Numbered from the stretch's first letter, positions 41,706-50,877 are shown. The stretch is DNA of 64,000 nt from a virus (IMGVR_UViG_3300025848_000001:32001-96000), one strand, 5' to 3'. Translations and numbers: made by a program. The notes: generated by a model from the sequence alone, not told the origin.

Positions 41706-42452
41706 ATGCCAAACTGGGTATATAACGGTCTAACTATTGAAGGTAATCCTTCAGAAATTAATGACCTTGTAGCACAATTAAATAAACCATTCAAAATGGT
41801 CCATGATTCATGGAACATGGAAAATGGACAAATGCAGAAGAAATTAACAACATATCCAAATCCTGTATTTGCATTCTATAACATCTATAACTATATTGAA
41901 GACGGTGTTACTGATTATGAATATCTTGCACAACCCGACCATTCTTTACCAATTGAAGAATCAATGAAATTTGCAACAAATGATTGGTATAACTGGAATG
42001 TTCGTAATTGGGGAACAAAATGGGATGTTGCTGTATCTTCAGATGATAAATATCCTGATACATATACTGAGGGACCTACTTCTAATGGTGAGAATCTAGT
42101 TGTATATTATAACTTTAATACTGCTTGGTCTCCTCCGTTTCCTGCCATTGCTAAATTATCAGGCCAATACCCAACTCTTCTATTTACACTTAGTTATGAA
42201 GAAGAAACAGGTTGGGGTGGCGAATGTGAATTCCTTCGCAATGAAATGATATCTAATTCAGAGTATTCTAATAAATGTAGAGACTGTGATTCAGAAGATA
42301 CATTAGATTATTGTGAGAATGATTGTGGAGAAATTTGCTCTGCTTGTAATTATTTAGGAGAGGCAGACCTTGAATGTGTCAAAGAATGTCAGACCCATAA
42401 GATATACTTGGATGAAAATCACGTACCTGAATACAGAATGGAGCAAATATAG
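41706..42452 (+). CDS. DUF1281/YubB ferredoxin-like protein
   Basis: MPNWVYN, DWYNWNVRNWGTKWD, FNTAWSPP, YEEETGWGG. Confidence 0.8.
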   Translation: MPNWVYNGLTIEGNPSEINDLVAQLNKPFKMVHDSWNMENGQMQKKLTTYPNPVFAFYNIYNYIEDGVTDYEYLAQPDHSLPIEESMKFATNDWYNWNVRNWGTKWDVAVSSDDKYPDTYTEGPTSNGENLVVYYNFNTAWSPPFPAIAKLSGQYPTLLFTLSYEEETGWGGECEFLRNEMISNSEYSNKCRDCDSEDTLDYCENDCGEICSACNYLGEADLECVKECQTHKIYLDENHVPEYRMEQI

Positions 42453-42670
42453 TGGAAGCGTTTACAGATACTCTAGGAGAACATATCCTAGGAGCAATTC
42501 AAGTAGATATTGAAGAACATCTATTTGAACAATGGAATCAATCTAATTTAGATGAAGGCACGGAATATGCTGAATTTAGATTTATTCAATTTGCACCTGA
42601 TAGTGTAAAACAATCATACAATGAATTCTATGGATATAAAGAAGGAGATGAATACTATGTTGGGATATAG
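42452..42670 (+). CDS. Early acidic protein
   Basis: GTG start with GGAG RBS. Confidence 0.65.
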   Translation: MEAFTDTLGEHILGAIQVDIEEHLFEQWNQSNLDEGTEYAEFRFIQFAPDSVKQSYNEFYGYKEGDEYYVGI

Positions 42671-42811
42671 TACAAAGGATGTATTTGATATGCAGAATGC
42701 TATTGAATTGGCTCTTCCTTATATTCCCGCCAATTCTTCAAATGATTTAGTTCGTGAAGGATTGTTATCTGCGTTTGATTTGTTAGAAGGACTAATTGTG
42801 GAAGGAAGAAT

Positions 42812-43009
42812 GTGAATCAGTTAATTGAATATATAAAGCTTCATGTAATTAGTTTGGAACAAGACCAGGAAGATGTTTCTAATGAAATGGAAAAACTGGA
42901 TATGAACTCTAAAGATTATATTGAATTAGACTTTGAATATAATCATCTAGGAGGACAGATTCTTTCTGCCCGCCATATTTTGTCAGTGGCGGAGGATATA
43001 CTAGGATGA
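42812..43009 (+). CDS. Early acidic protein
   Basis: Coupled ORF; its 3' end contains promoter 42981. Confidence 0.6.
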   Translation: MNQLIEYIKLHVISLEQDQEDVSNEMEKLDMNSKDYIELDFEYNHLGGQILSARHILSVAEDILG

Positions 43010-43287
43010 TGTACTCAATGGAACTGGAACCACGCCTGCAGAAGCAGGTTGACATGAACATCTCTGGAACAGATATTTTGCACGGGGAACTCAAAAACCT
43101 TATCTATGAGGCTGAAGCAGAACTGGCTCGTGCACAGGAAATAGAAGAAGAGAACGACTATGGCGACGCCATGGAATCTATGGAAAGAAAGTATTGGGAG
43201 GGCCAAGTGGACGGTCTCTCACATGTGTATGCATTAACATATCAACTTGCATTCGCAATTAACGAAAGGACAAAAGCACGTGGCTGA
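43006..43287 (+). CDS. Early acidic protein
   Basis: YGDAMESMERKYWEG motif. Confidence 0.7.
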   Translation: MMYSMELEPRLQKQVDMNISGTDILHGELKNLIYEAEAELARAQEIEEENDYGDAMESMERKYWEGQVDGLSHVYALTYQLAFAINERTKARG

Positions 43288-43609
43288 TATAGATCTAAAT
43301 AAACTATATAACGATATGGTTGATATTAATGATAGGATTACCAAACTTCCTGTATTCCCGTCCCTTGGCTGGGTATGGACCTTTGACATCCTTAGAGATA
43401 TCTTTGACAACGCCGATACTGGCTATGACGAAGCAATCACTGAAGGCGTCACATTACAACAAATCTTTAATAAGTTCTATGAAGACATCGACAAGTTGGA
43501 CATGAATATGGACCAAGGTGGGGAGATGTTACAGGAGACAATCAGAGACTGGATGAGAGACAACGACTTCCTCGTTGCCCTGGATGATGACGGGTGGCTA
43601 GATGACTAG
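43280..43609 (+). CDS. Early highly acidic protein
   Basis: GTG start after AACGAAAGGA; Asp-rich. Confidence 0.7.
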   Translation: MADIDLNKLYNDMVDINDRITKLPVFPSLGWVWTFDILRDIFDNADTGYDEAITEGVTLQQIFNKFYEDIDKLDMNMDQGGEMLQETIRDWMRDNDFLVALDDDGWLDD

Positions 43610-43778
43610 AAAAGACTATAAAGTATTTGGGGACAAATTGTCCAAATACTACGTAACAATCAATGCTGAGTCCCCTGAGATTGCTTGGGATGCGGCGGCA
43701 GGCATGGATACACATCAGTGGGAACAAATCCCAACTGATTATATAATCGAACCATACGCAGTAGAAGAAATAGAATAG
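43602..43778 (+). CDS. Early small protein (58 aa)
   Basis: MTRKDYKVFG...; coupled to the previous gene. Confidence 0.55.
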   Translation: MTRKDYKVFGDKLSKYYVTINAESPEIAWDAAAGMDTHQWEQIPTDYIIEPYAVEEIE

Positions 43779-43922
43779 ATCTAAGAGCTTTGTACGGAAT
43801 CGGACATTTCGGACATGGCTCTGGGCTAACGGGCCCAAAAATTGCTTTACGTAGGCTATTTACAAATTCGTAAATTTCCTATATAATATACATAATAACT
43901 CATCATGAAAGGATGAAAACAA

Positions 43923-44072
43923 ATGACTACACCAACAACTACACGTGAATATCTAAAGGCCCAGGGAATTACCGTGGGTAAGCGTGGCCGCTTCTCAGCT
44001 GCAGCAAAGAATGCAATCTCAGAAGCCTCTAAGAAGGGCGTTGTCTTCTCAGACAAGAAGAACGTCAAGTAA
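43923..44072 (+). CDS. Stand-alone Lsr2-type DNA-binding domain (49 aa)
   Basis: TREYLKAQGITVGKRGRFS with the RGR AT-hook; GAAAGGA RBS; own promoter TTTACA-17-TATAAT; hairpin after. Confidence 0.75.
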   Translation: MTTPTTTREYLKAQGITVGKRGRFSAAAKNAISEASKKGVVFSDKKNVK

Positions 44073-44159
44073 TAACAATCGTGGTCCCCTACAGCCTCCT
44101 ACGGGGCTTGTGGGGGATTCACTTTTTTGATATAATGCTAACAAAGAAAGGCGGATATA

Positions 44160-44495
44160 ATGGCAAAATCAAATGAAACTAAAGTAGCAGAAAAGTTGGC
44201 GGAAGGTCTAAATGATGTCACATTCTCACCAGCAGTTCTAGCAAATATCCTAACTACATATTATCCAATATATACCCAAGACAGGCTAATGGAGTTAGTC
44301 AAACATATAATCAAATATAATAAAATGCGTATGGAAAATGAATGGGACAAAGGCAATACATCCGAAGGATTATTGATGGCGGACCTGCTAGATGATGTCC
44401 TAACAGCCAAATATGGGGCGGAAGCATATGAATTCCAAAACATAGAATCTAGAACAAGAGATCCAAAATATGCAATGGATGAAGATAGCTTCTAA
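44160..44495 (+). CDS. Hypothetical protein
   Basis: GAAAGG RBS; TGATATAAT promoter. Confidence 0.75.
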   Translation: MAKSNETKVAEKLAEGLNDVTFSPAVLANILTTYYPIYTQDRLMELVKHIIKYNKMRMENEWDKGNTSEGLLMADLLDDVLTAKYGAEAYEFQNIESRTRDPKYAMDEDSF

Positions 44496-44518
44496 TTAAA
44501 TAAATATAAAGCCCAATT

Positions 44519-44554
44519 AGCACATATAGCTTTAATTAGTTATATGTGCTTTTT
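44519..44554 (+). terminator. Terminator ending the plus-strand block
   Basis: AGCACATATAGCT...AGTTATATGTGCT followed by a T-run. Confidence 0.7.
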
Positions 44555-44954
44555 GTTGTGCAAAATTATGGGCCAAATATCGTTTTTACGACAATTGATC
44601 AAAATCGTGGAAATTTTGTAGCAAATAGATCTAAATCTGTCAAGAATATAACAGAATTGTTATAAATATGACAAAATTGATCAAAATCATGTGGGCAAAT
44701 TTGATCATTTACGGGCAAATTTTAAAAATCGTGGAAATTTTATCCAAAATCTATTGACAAAATTTGATCAATATGCCATTATATTACGATACGATTTAAG
44801 ATTAATTGCGTTCCATTACACTAATATCTTTTTGTTATAAATATAATAGTAATTGCTAGATAATTAATAGTATGATTCTCCACTTTACTCCACAATTCTC
44901 CACTTTAAAAGCCTTTAAAAGGCTATTAGAAAGGAGATAAATTGGAGGGGGATA

Positions 44955-45626
44955 TCAGAGATAGGCCTTAAATTCTTGTGGCATTTGGGCAAAATCTTCA
45001 GATGTGCAAAGTCTCTTTGGATTATTTGAATCTTCGCCAATACATCCACAAGATCCATCTTTATCGCTATATAGGCTATCTCCTCTAATATTTTTATTAA
45101 AATATTCTCCAAATGAGTCTGCGTTTCTTATTTCTCTTAATTCAGATACAGATATAGGATATTGTGCTGGGTTTCCATTTTTGAATATTGTAGTTAACAT
45201 AAATGTACCTAGTGCTATATTGAACCACCATAATACTTTACCTAGGCTACTATCTATTTCACCCTTAGCCTTTGGTATCCCGCCATTTTCCATCAAATAT
45301 ACCTTTTCTTCCTCATTAAAGGACAGATAGGCTTCAACCATATCATCATCTACATCAGTAATGTCTACACCATAAAGTTCAGCTGTAGCTTCAACCTCAT
45401 CCCAGTCTTCTGGATTAGGATAGTTCTTATAAAATTCTTCAGAATCTCTCAAGCTAGTTTTATAGTCATCCATTATTTTAGCAATCAATTCTTGATCGTC
45501 TCTGTCTGGATAAGATGTGACTATATATCTAGCGTCATATCTGGATATACCGTATTTTCTAACTAATTCGTTTATTCTGTCTTCTGTTAGATCTTTTACT
45601 AGATCAGCCACCATAAACTTCTTCAT
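44955..45626 (-). CDS. Hypothetical protein with one TM segment
   Basis: 223 aa; acidic N-half; VLWWFNIALGTFMLTTIF. Confidence 0.65.
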   Translation of the reverse strand: MKKFMVADLVKDLTEDRINELVRKYGISRYDARYIVTSYPDRDDQELIAKIMDDYKTSLRDSEEFYKNYPNPEDWDEVEATAELYGVDITDVDDDMVEAYLSFNEEEKVYLMENGGIPKAKGEIDSSLGKVLWWFNIALGTFMLTTIFKNGNPAQYPISVSELREIRNADSFGEYFNKNIRGDSLYSDKDGSCGCIGEDSNNPKRLCTSEDFAQMPQEFKAYL

Positions 45627-45633
45627 AGTCCTA

Positions 45634-45921
45634 TTATACCTTTTCCTTGCCTAGAATCTGCTTTATAAGCTCTATTGGCGTTATTGGATCTTCATCTGGT
45701 AGTGAACCATATTTATGTAGTAATTTAAGCAATATTCCAGCTAGAAATATATCATCTGAATATGCCATCCATGGGAATAATATATCAAATAGGTCTATTG
45801 GTACTAATATGTATCCTACACAAGCCGCCGCCACAATTTTGACCCATATTGGAGATCTATCAAATTGATCTTTATAGGGTCTAATTATTTGGCGAATTGG
45901 GGTTCTATTTTTGCGTTTCAC
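45634..45921 (-). CDS. YkvA/DUF1232-like membrane protein
   Basis: P.WVK......GYILVPIDL.D......SDD motif. Confidence 0.75.
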   Translation of the reverse strand: MKRKNRTPIRQIIRPYKDQFDRSPIWVKIVAAACVGYILVPIDLFDILFPWMAYSDDIFLAGILLKLLHKYGSLPDEDPITPIELIKQILGKEKV

Positions 45922-46075
45922 TTAATCCCATAAATTATATGCGTATTCTGGCGAATTTAAGGATATCATCCTAGATTTGCCACATGGGCATGGTGGAGCT
46001 TTATGTATTTGATCTTCTGGCAATTCAGTCTCTATTGATAATAATGTCTTACATTCCTTACATTTAAACATATAT

Positions 46076-46672
46076 TTAGTCATTATTATCCTCCAATAAA
46101 ACTAAATTTTCTTTAATTAATGAAACTGATATATCGTCAGCTATTATAGATATGTCCTTCACATATAGGGATATTGATTCTTCTCTATGGGATTCTAGAT
46201 TTTTCGTACTATTCCCGCCTATAAAAATCATACATGGACTAATTTTATCATCAAATTCATAGGAAGTTATCAAATTGTTATCAATATAAAAAGATACTGA
46301 TTTTTCATTTAATAATAAATCTAGGTTATGCCAATCTTTATCTTCTATTGGACACCCCTCCCATATTTTTAATTCAAACCCATTATTTCTAATGTAAGTT
46401 ATTAAATTTTCATTTTGGTAGACTAAAGATGCAAATGAATGATATTCTGCACTGTGTTTAAAATCAACATCAATTATTGCAGCATTGTTTATAGGATTAT
46501 CTGAATATTTAAATTTCATGTTAAATTTAAGTGTTTTATCAAAATTTATCAAATCATATGAGCCCAAACATCCAAATTTTTTAAAACCAGATAAGCCTAT
46601 CTCATCAGATAATATTTTTAAATTATTTATGTTTGCCCATTCTAACATTTTGTTATTTTCCTTTAAATCCAC
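46076..46672 (-). CDS. Hypothetical protein, possible ConA-like fold
   Basis: DKDWHNL...VSFYIDN...IFIGG. Confidence 0.5.
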   Translation of the reverse strand: MDLKENNKMLEWANINNLKILSDEIGLSGFKKFGCLGSYDLINFDKTLKFNMKFKYSDNPINNAAIIDVDFKHSAEYHSFASLVYQNENLITYIRNNGFELKIWEGCPIEDKDWHNLDLLLNEKSVSFYIDNNLITSYEFDDKISPCMIFIGGNSTKNLESHREESISLYVKDISIIADDISVSLIKENLVLLEDNND

Positions 46673-47117
46673 CTATATTTGGATCCATTAAGCCTGGCTC
46701 TAATCCATTGGGATATTTACTATAGAATACTCCTTCGGCTTCCCGCCCCGCCTGTTCTACAACAAATCCATTTTCACGATCAAATAAAACATAATCTAGC
46801 TCTTGAACATCAAAGTATTGCTTGAATATTCTTAGTGCCTTATGTAGGTCAAGTGTTCCGCATGTATAGAGATCAAATTGAATTAAGCCTGGATCTATCT
46901 CATCCCAAATATGAAATGCAATATGGCTAGTTTCAATCATAACTACTGCGGTTAGACCTTTATTGCCTTCTGCATCAACATATGATGCAAATGGTCCTTT
47001 AATAATTTTCATATCAATCTGGTTAACTAAGAATTTTAGAAATTCAATACCCTGTTCTTCGGTATTCATTGGGTTCTTTACTTTAGCGTTAACGAGTAAA
47101 TGCTTATGATATATCAT
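46653..47117 (-). CDS. speD: S-adenosylmethionine decarboxylase proenzyme
   Basis: HKHLL, GLTAVVMIETSHIAFHIWDE, DLYTCG. Confidence 0.85.
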   Translation of the reverse strand: MIYHKHLLVNAKVKNPMNTEEQGIEFLKFLVNQIDMKIIKGPFASYVDAEGNKGLTAVVMIETSHIAFHIWDEIDPGLIQFDLYTCGTLDLHKALRIFKQYFDVQELDYVLFDRENGFVVEQAGREAEGVFYSKYPNGLEPGLMDPNIGGFKGK

Positions 47118-47375
47118 TATGCTCCTCACATACAAATATTATTCGATACCCGTCCGAATTTATACCAACGGATGCCTTCTTACAAAAATTGCATACAGAT
47201 GCTATTTTAACATTTCTATCCCTCAAATGCTGCAGATATGCAGCCTGAAATGGATCTTTCGGAAGAGGGTAATTGCTCACTATCCAATTTTACAATTTAT
47301 GACAGGTACTGTCAATATACCCTTCTACTTTTCCGCTTCACTTTTTGAGCTCCAAAATAGTATAATATGTGTATT

Positions 47376-47948
47376 ATGAGTAATAAATTATTAGATTTAA
47401 TTTCAGAAGCAAAAGATAGCAATAAAACCTATGCAGTTTTTAAAAATTGGAGAACCCCGCCAGATACAAAAATAATATCAGAATTACATGCAAATAATAA
47501 AGAAAGATATGCAAGAACTTCTATAATAAGTAAATACAATGAAAAAGAAATTGATTCTTTTTTAAATGAATGCTTATCTGTATACGATATACCAGAATAT
47601 GCTTTTTACATTATAAAAGGAATGTCTGGCCATGGACATAGTACACACAAAGATCCATACGATATAATTCACTGGCAGTGTAGTGGTTCTACTGAATGGA
47701 AAATTGGCAAAAAAGAAATAGGTAAATTATGGGAAGCTGGGCAAGCAAAAAATGAAAAAGATGGTTTTACAAAATGGAAAGTTAGTTGGCTAGAAGAACC
47801 AGATACTTTTATATTAGAGCCAGGTGACATAATGTGGTTTAGAGGAGACGCTGGCACTGATAGTGGCGCTTGGCATAGCACTCTTAATTTAGATGATAAA
47901 TATTCAATAGTTTTCGATGCTGGCAAAGAAGAATTTCCAGAATATTAA
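47376..47948 (+). CDS. JmjC/cupin-type oxygenase
   Basis: HKDPYDIIHWQCSG..EW, LEPGDIMWF, WH. Confidence 0.7.
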   Translation: MSNKLLDLISEAKDSNKTYAVFKNWRTPPDTKIISELHANNKERYARTSIISKYNEKEIDSFLNECLSVYDIPEYAFYIIKGMSGHGHSTHKDPYDIIHWQCSGSTEWKIGKKEIGKLWEAGQAKNEKDGFTKWKVSWLEEPDTFILEPGDIMWFRGDAGTDSGAWHSTLNLDDKYSIVFDAGKEEFPEY

Positions 47949-47952
47949 TCAT

Positions 47953-48549
47953 TTACACATAAGCAATATCTGTACATATTCTAGATCCGCTAGTTACTTC
48001 AGTTACAAGATGGATTGTATTTGAATCAAAAACTATTGCTTCTCCAGATAGTGGTTTTATTTTAATGTCATTTTTATTAACTTCAAATGTTTGATTTAAA
48101 AAATCAACACCAACACCACTTTCATTTTTAAAAATTACCTCTCCGCCTTCATAATCGCTAGTGAAATATAAAAGTATTGTTATATTTGGAACCTTTTTGC
48201 CATCTTTTGAATCCCAAGAATCACTGTGAAACCCAATGCTAGACCCTATGTTCCAGGTTTTAATCCAGTATACTTCTTCTCCGTCAAGACGATAATCGTT
48301 TAAATTTTTATTAAAATGATTTGTATATATTTTTAAAATATTTTTTGTGATCGGATTTAAAATTTCAAAAATATTTTTTTCTGGATAATTTAAATCTTTA
48401 GTTACTTCTACGTAATCACCACATCTAAAATGCTTGATTTCAAATTTTTCAGATTTTGACAGCAAAAGAACTTTTTCGATATCTTCTTTAGAAATACAAT
48501 TATTTAAATAAAGACCTTTATCATATATAATGCTATTTAATTCAAACAT
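47953..48549 (-). CDS. 2OG-Fe(II) oxygenase
   Basis: HSD...DYEGGE...HLV.EV.SGSR. Confidence 0.85.
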   Translation of the reverse strand: MFELNSIIYDKGLYLNNCISKEDIEKVLLLSKSEKFEIKHFRCGDYVEVTKDLNYPEKNIFEILNPITKNILKIYTNHFNKNLNDYRLDGEEVYWIKTWNIGSSIGFHSDSWDSKDGKKVPNITILLYFTSDYEGGEVIFKNESGVGVDFLNQTFEVNKNDIKIKPLSGEAIVFDSNTIHLVTEVTSGSRICTDIAYV

Positions 48550-48727
48550 ATATATATTATAGCAAATTATTTATTATTCTTAATAATATCAACAGCAAGC
48601 AATTTAAATCCAAGTGCGTTTATTTGATGTGGAGCATTTAAATCTATTTCATCTAATAACTTTAAAATGCGTTCTTGTTCTTGCTTTACTGCCTTCTTAC
48701 AGCCTTGACATGGACATAACCAGGCCA

Positions 48728-48943
48728 TTACTTGATTCTTTTTACTTTAGCCCAAAGACGCTCATGAATATAATATCCTAAAGCTTCCCACGCAATGTAT
48801 CCTAAAGCACCCAGAGTAGCATATTCATACTCTACATCGCCAGTTATAGCATAAGTAACAATAGCAATAATTCCTGCTACTCCAATTAAATGAAATGTTT
48901 CCCAGCTTAATGTTTTTAATAATGTTCTTTTATTTGATTCCAT
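48728..48943 (-). CDS. DUF2061-like membrane protein
   Basis: ESNKRTLLKTLSW...YYIHERLW. Confidence 0.75.
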   Translation of the reverse strand: MESNKRTLLKTLSWETFHLIGVAGIIAIVTYAITGDVEYEYATLGALGYIAWEALGYYIHERLWAKVKRIK

Positions 48944-49274
48944 TTTTAATTAGCCTAAAGGCATCTCCTGTTTCGTAATCTTCATAATCCCAATCGAGAT
49001 TATATTTTTCCCAGTAAGGTACACCTTCTTCGTCATAATCATTCCAGCCATCCCCGCTCATATCAAAACTAAACTCATAAAATGTACCAAATTTATAATA
49101 TACAGGCCAAGTAATTTTCCAAATAAATGAATGCATCTTGTACTGCCACCCAAAATTTTCTAGTTCGTCTTCGTAGGATATCTTCATAATTGCCCATCCT
49201 GCAATTGAACCACACATATTTGCAAACCAAAGTAAGGGAAGAACTTTAGTTTTATTTACTTTTAAATTACTCAT
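48930..49274 (-). CDS. Hypothetical protein
   Basis: 114 aa ORF. Confidence 0.6.
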   Translation of the reverse strand: MSNLKVNKTKVLPLLWFANMCGSIAGWAIMKISYEDELENFGWQYKMHSFIWKITWPVYYKFGTFYEFSFDMSGDGWNDYDEEGVPYWEKYNLDWDYEDYETGDAFRLIKNGIK

Positions 49275-49437
49275 GGTCTATCTCTTCTTCCCAGTCCATC
49301 TCCCAAGACTCCAAAGACTTAGCAAGATCGTCAAATGCTCTGTATGCGGTAAATGCTGCTGCAAATGCCGCCAATGCTATTATACTAATTTTTTTCATAT
49401 ACATATATTATACTTTATTTATATAACCTAGTCAATA

Positions 49438-50214
49438 TCAATCAAAATATTTTTTAGTCCAAAATTTTTCTTTATAATTTGTTGTATGTTCTATACTATC
49501 TTTATTTTCATACATTAATTTCATTTGTTTTCTATGCTCTAAGGATTGTTCTTCATCATAATAAATATTTTCATGCTCCCACTCTTCATTTTTAAACGGT
49601 ATTATTTGCATATATGGGGTGCCAGCTTTTATAACGCCTTCAAAATCTTCCTGAATAAAAAATGGAGCAAGTCCACCATTTATATAGCTACTGCAATCAA
49701 CAATTCCAGAAACAGTTAAAAATGGTAAATCAAATCTATTAAGTGGGTGTGTAAATAACGCTATGTAGCCCTCTGGTAATTGTGGAAACCAATTTGTTGA
49801 CCAAGTAAAGTGAACTGGGCTATATCCCTCTGGTGTTGGAAACCCATGTCCTTCACCCCTAATATTACAAAATGCAAAATTTTTAAGATTTACGTTGTTT
49901 GAAAACTTTTCATCTATTTTGATAGAATATGAATCTTTATTTTTTTTTATCTCTATATCGCATGGGGTAAATAGTAAATACCCTGAAGATATAGAATCAA
50001 AAACTGCTGGACAAGATTTAAAAGTTTTTTGTCTATCAAATTTTGTAGATCCATCTTTTGTTTTATAAAAATTTAAAGCTATGTTACCAAATTTATCTCT
50101 TATATATTTATCTGCAGACATAAACCAATTAGGGATAAACTTTTTTGCTGGAGCTGGATTAAATTCTTTGGCAGAATTATTTTGAAAAGTTTTAGAATGA
50201 AAAATTATTTTCAT
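49438..50214 (-). CDS. DUF6065-like protein
   Basis: P.PAKKFIPNW, TFKSCPAVFD..SGY, THPLNR, GIVD, IKAGTP.MQIIPF. Confidence 0.6.
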   Translation of the reverse strand: MKIIFHSKTFQNNSAKEFNPAPAKKFIPNWFMSADKYIRDKFGNIALNFYKTKDGSTKFDRQKTFKSCPAVFDSISSGYLLFTPCDIEIKKNKDSYSIKIDEKFSNNVNLKNFAFCNIRGEGHGFPTPEGYSPVHFTWSTNWFPQLPEGYIALFTHPLNRFDLPFLTVSGIVDCSSYINGGLAPFFIQEDFEGVIKAGTPYMQIIPFKNEEWEHENIYYDEEQSLEHRKQMKLMYENKDSIEHTTNYKEKFWTKKYFD

Positions 50215-50876
50215 TTAATTAACCCAACTATTCCAATATTTAATAAAGATTTTTTTATAGGAAATTGTGGAACTTCTGGGGAAAGCCAATCATGAAGACA
50301 CGTCACTATCGCATATTTTGTGCCAGATGTTACTGGGTGAGCTTTATGAGTATAAGCAAAATTAGAAGGAAAAAAAATCATGCTATTTGCTTCTGGTTTT
50401 AATTTCAAATTAAAATTTGTAAATTCTATTTCTCCTCCATCATAATCATCATTTAAATATATTACAACAGAAACAGATCTTGCTGTTTCTGTTGATCCAT
50501 CAAAATGAGGTTTATATTCTTCATTATTACTATATTTTAAAACTGTATAAGGCTCATGATAAAGTTCAAATGGAATGTTATATCTATTTTTATACCAAGC
50601 AATTGCTTCCTCCACTTTGGTAAAAATTAAATTATGAATTTTTTTTGCATTTTCGTTTCCAAATTTTGCATTTTTAGTTATAGCCATAGTGTAATTAGTT
50701 CTTACATTTTGGTCTGATCCATATCCAATTGTACCCGCTTTTTCCCAACTCCATGACTCTTGTTTTAAATTTAATTTATTTTCTTTTTCAAGAATATTTA
50801 TAATTTCATGTGAATCAGAAAAAACATCTTTAAATACTACTATGCAGCTACCTAGATCTTTATCGGGGTTTATCAT
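50211..50876 (-). CDS. 2OG-Fe(II) oxygenase
   Basis: HFD...YLNDDYDGGE...FPS..H.AHPV.SGTKY. Confidence 0.88.
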   Translation of the reverse strand: MINPDKDLGSCIVVFKDVFSDSHEIINILEKENKLNLKQESWSWEKAGTIGYGSDQNVRTNYTMAITKNAKFGNENAKKIHNLIFTKVEEAIAWYKNRYNIPFELYHEPYTVLKYSNNEEYKPHFDGSTETARSVSVVIYLNDDYDGGEIEFTNFNLKLKPEANSMIFFPSNFAYTHKAHPVTSGTKYAIVTCLHDWLSPEVPQFPIKKSLLNIGIVGLIK

Positions 50877-50877
50877 T

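Larger units (their letters stand above)
33664..43002 (+). promoter_or_regulatory. 13 RecA-NDp/PafBC-type promoters TGTCRG-N10-TAnnnT
   Basis: TGTC starts at 33664, 34220, 34997, 35278, 35564, 36389, 36696, 37285, 37510, 38726, 39926, 41656, 42981; the -10 hexamer always starts 16 nt later. Confidence 0.85.
34851..44745 (+). repeat. Dispersed phased repeat GCCCGCA-N8-GGG-N13-TTACG-N14/15-CCCT
   Basis: Copies start at 34851, 36275, 38609, 39854, 41557; truncated copies at 43831, 44570, 44693. Confidence 0.8.

Noticed and set aside
33664-43002. TGTCRG as an ordinary -35 element
   Set aside because: It lies only 10 nt from the -10, too close for sigma region 4 at 16-18 nt spacing
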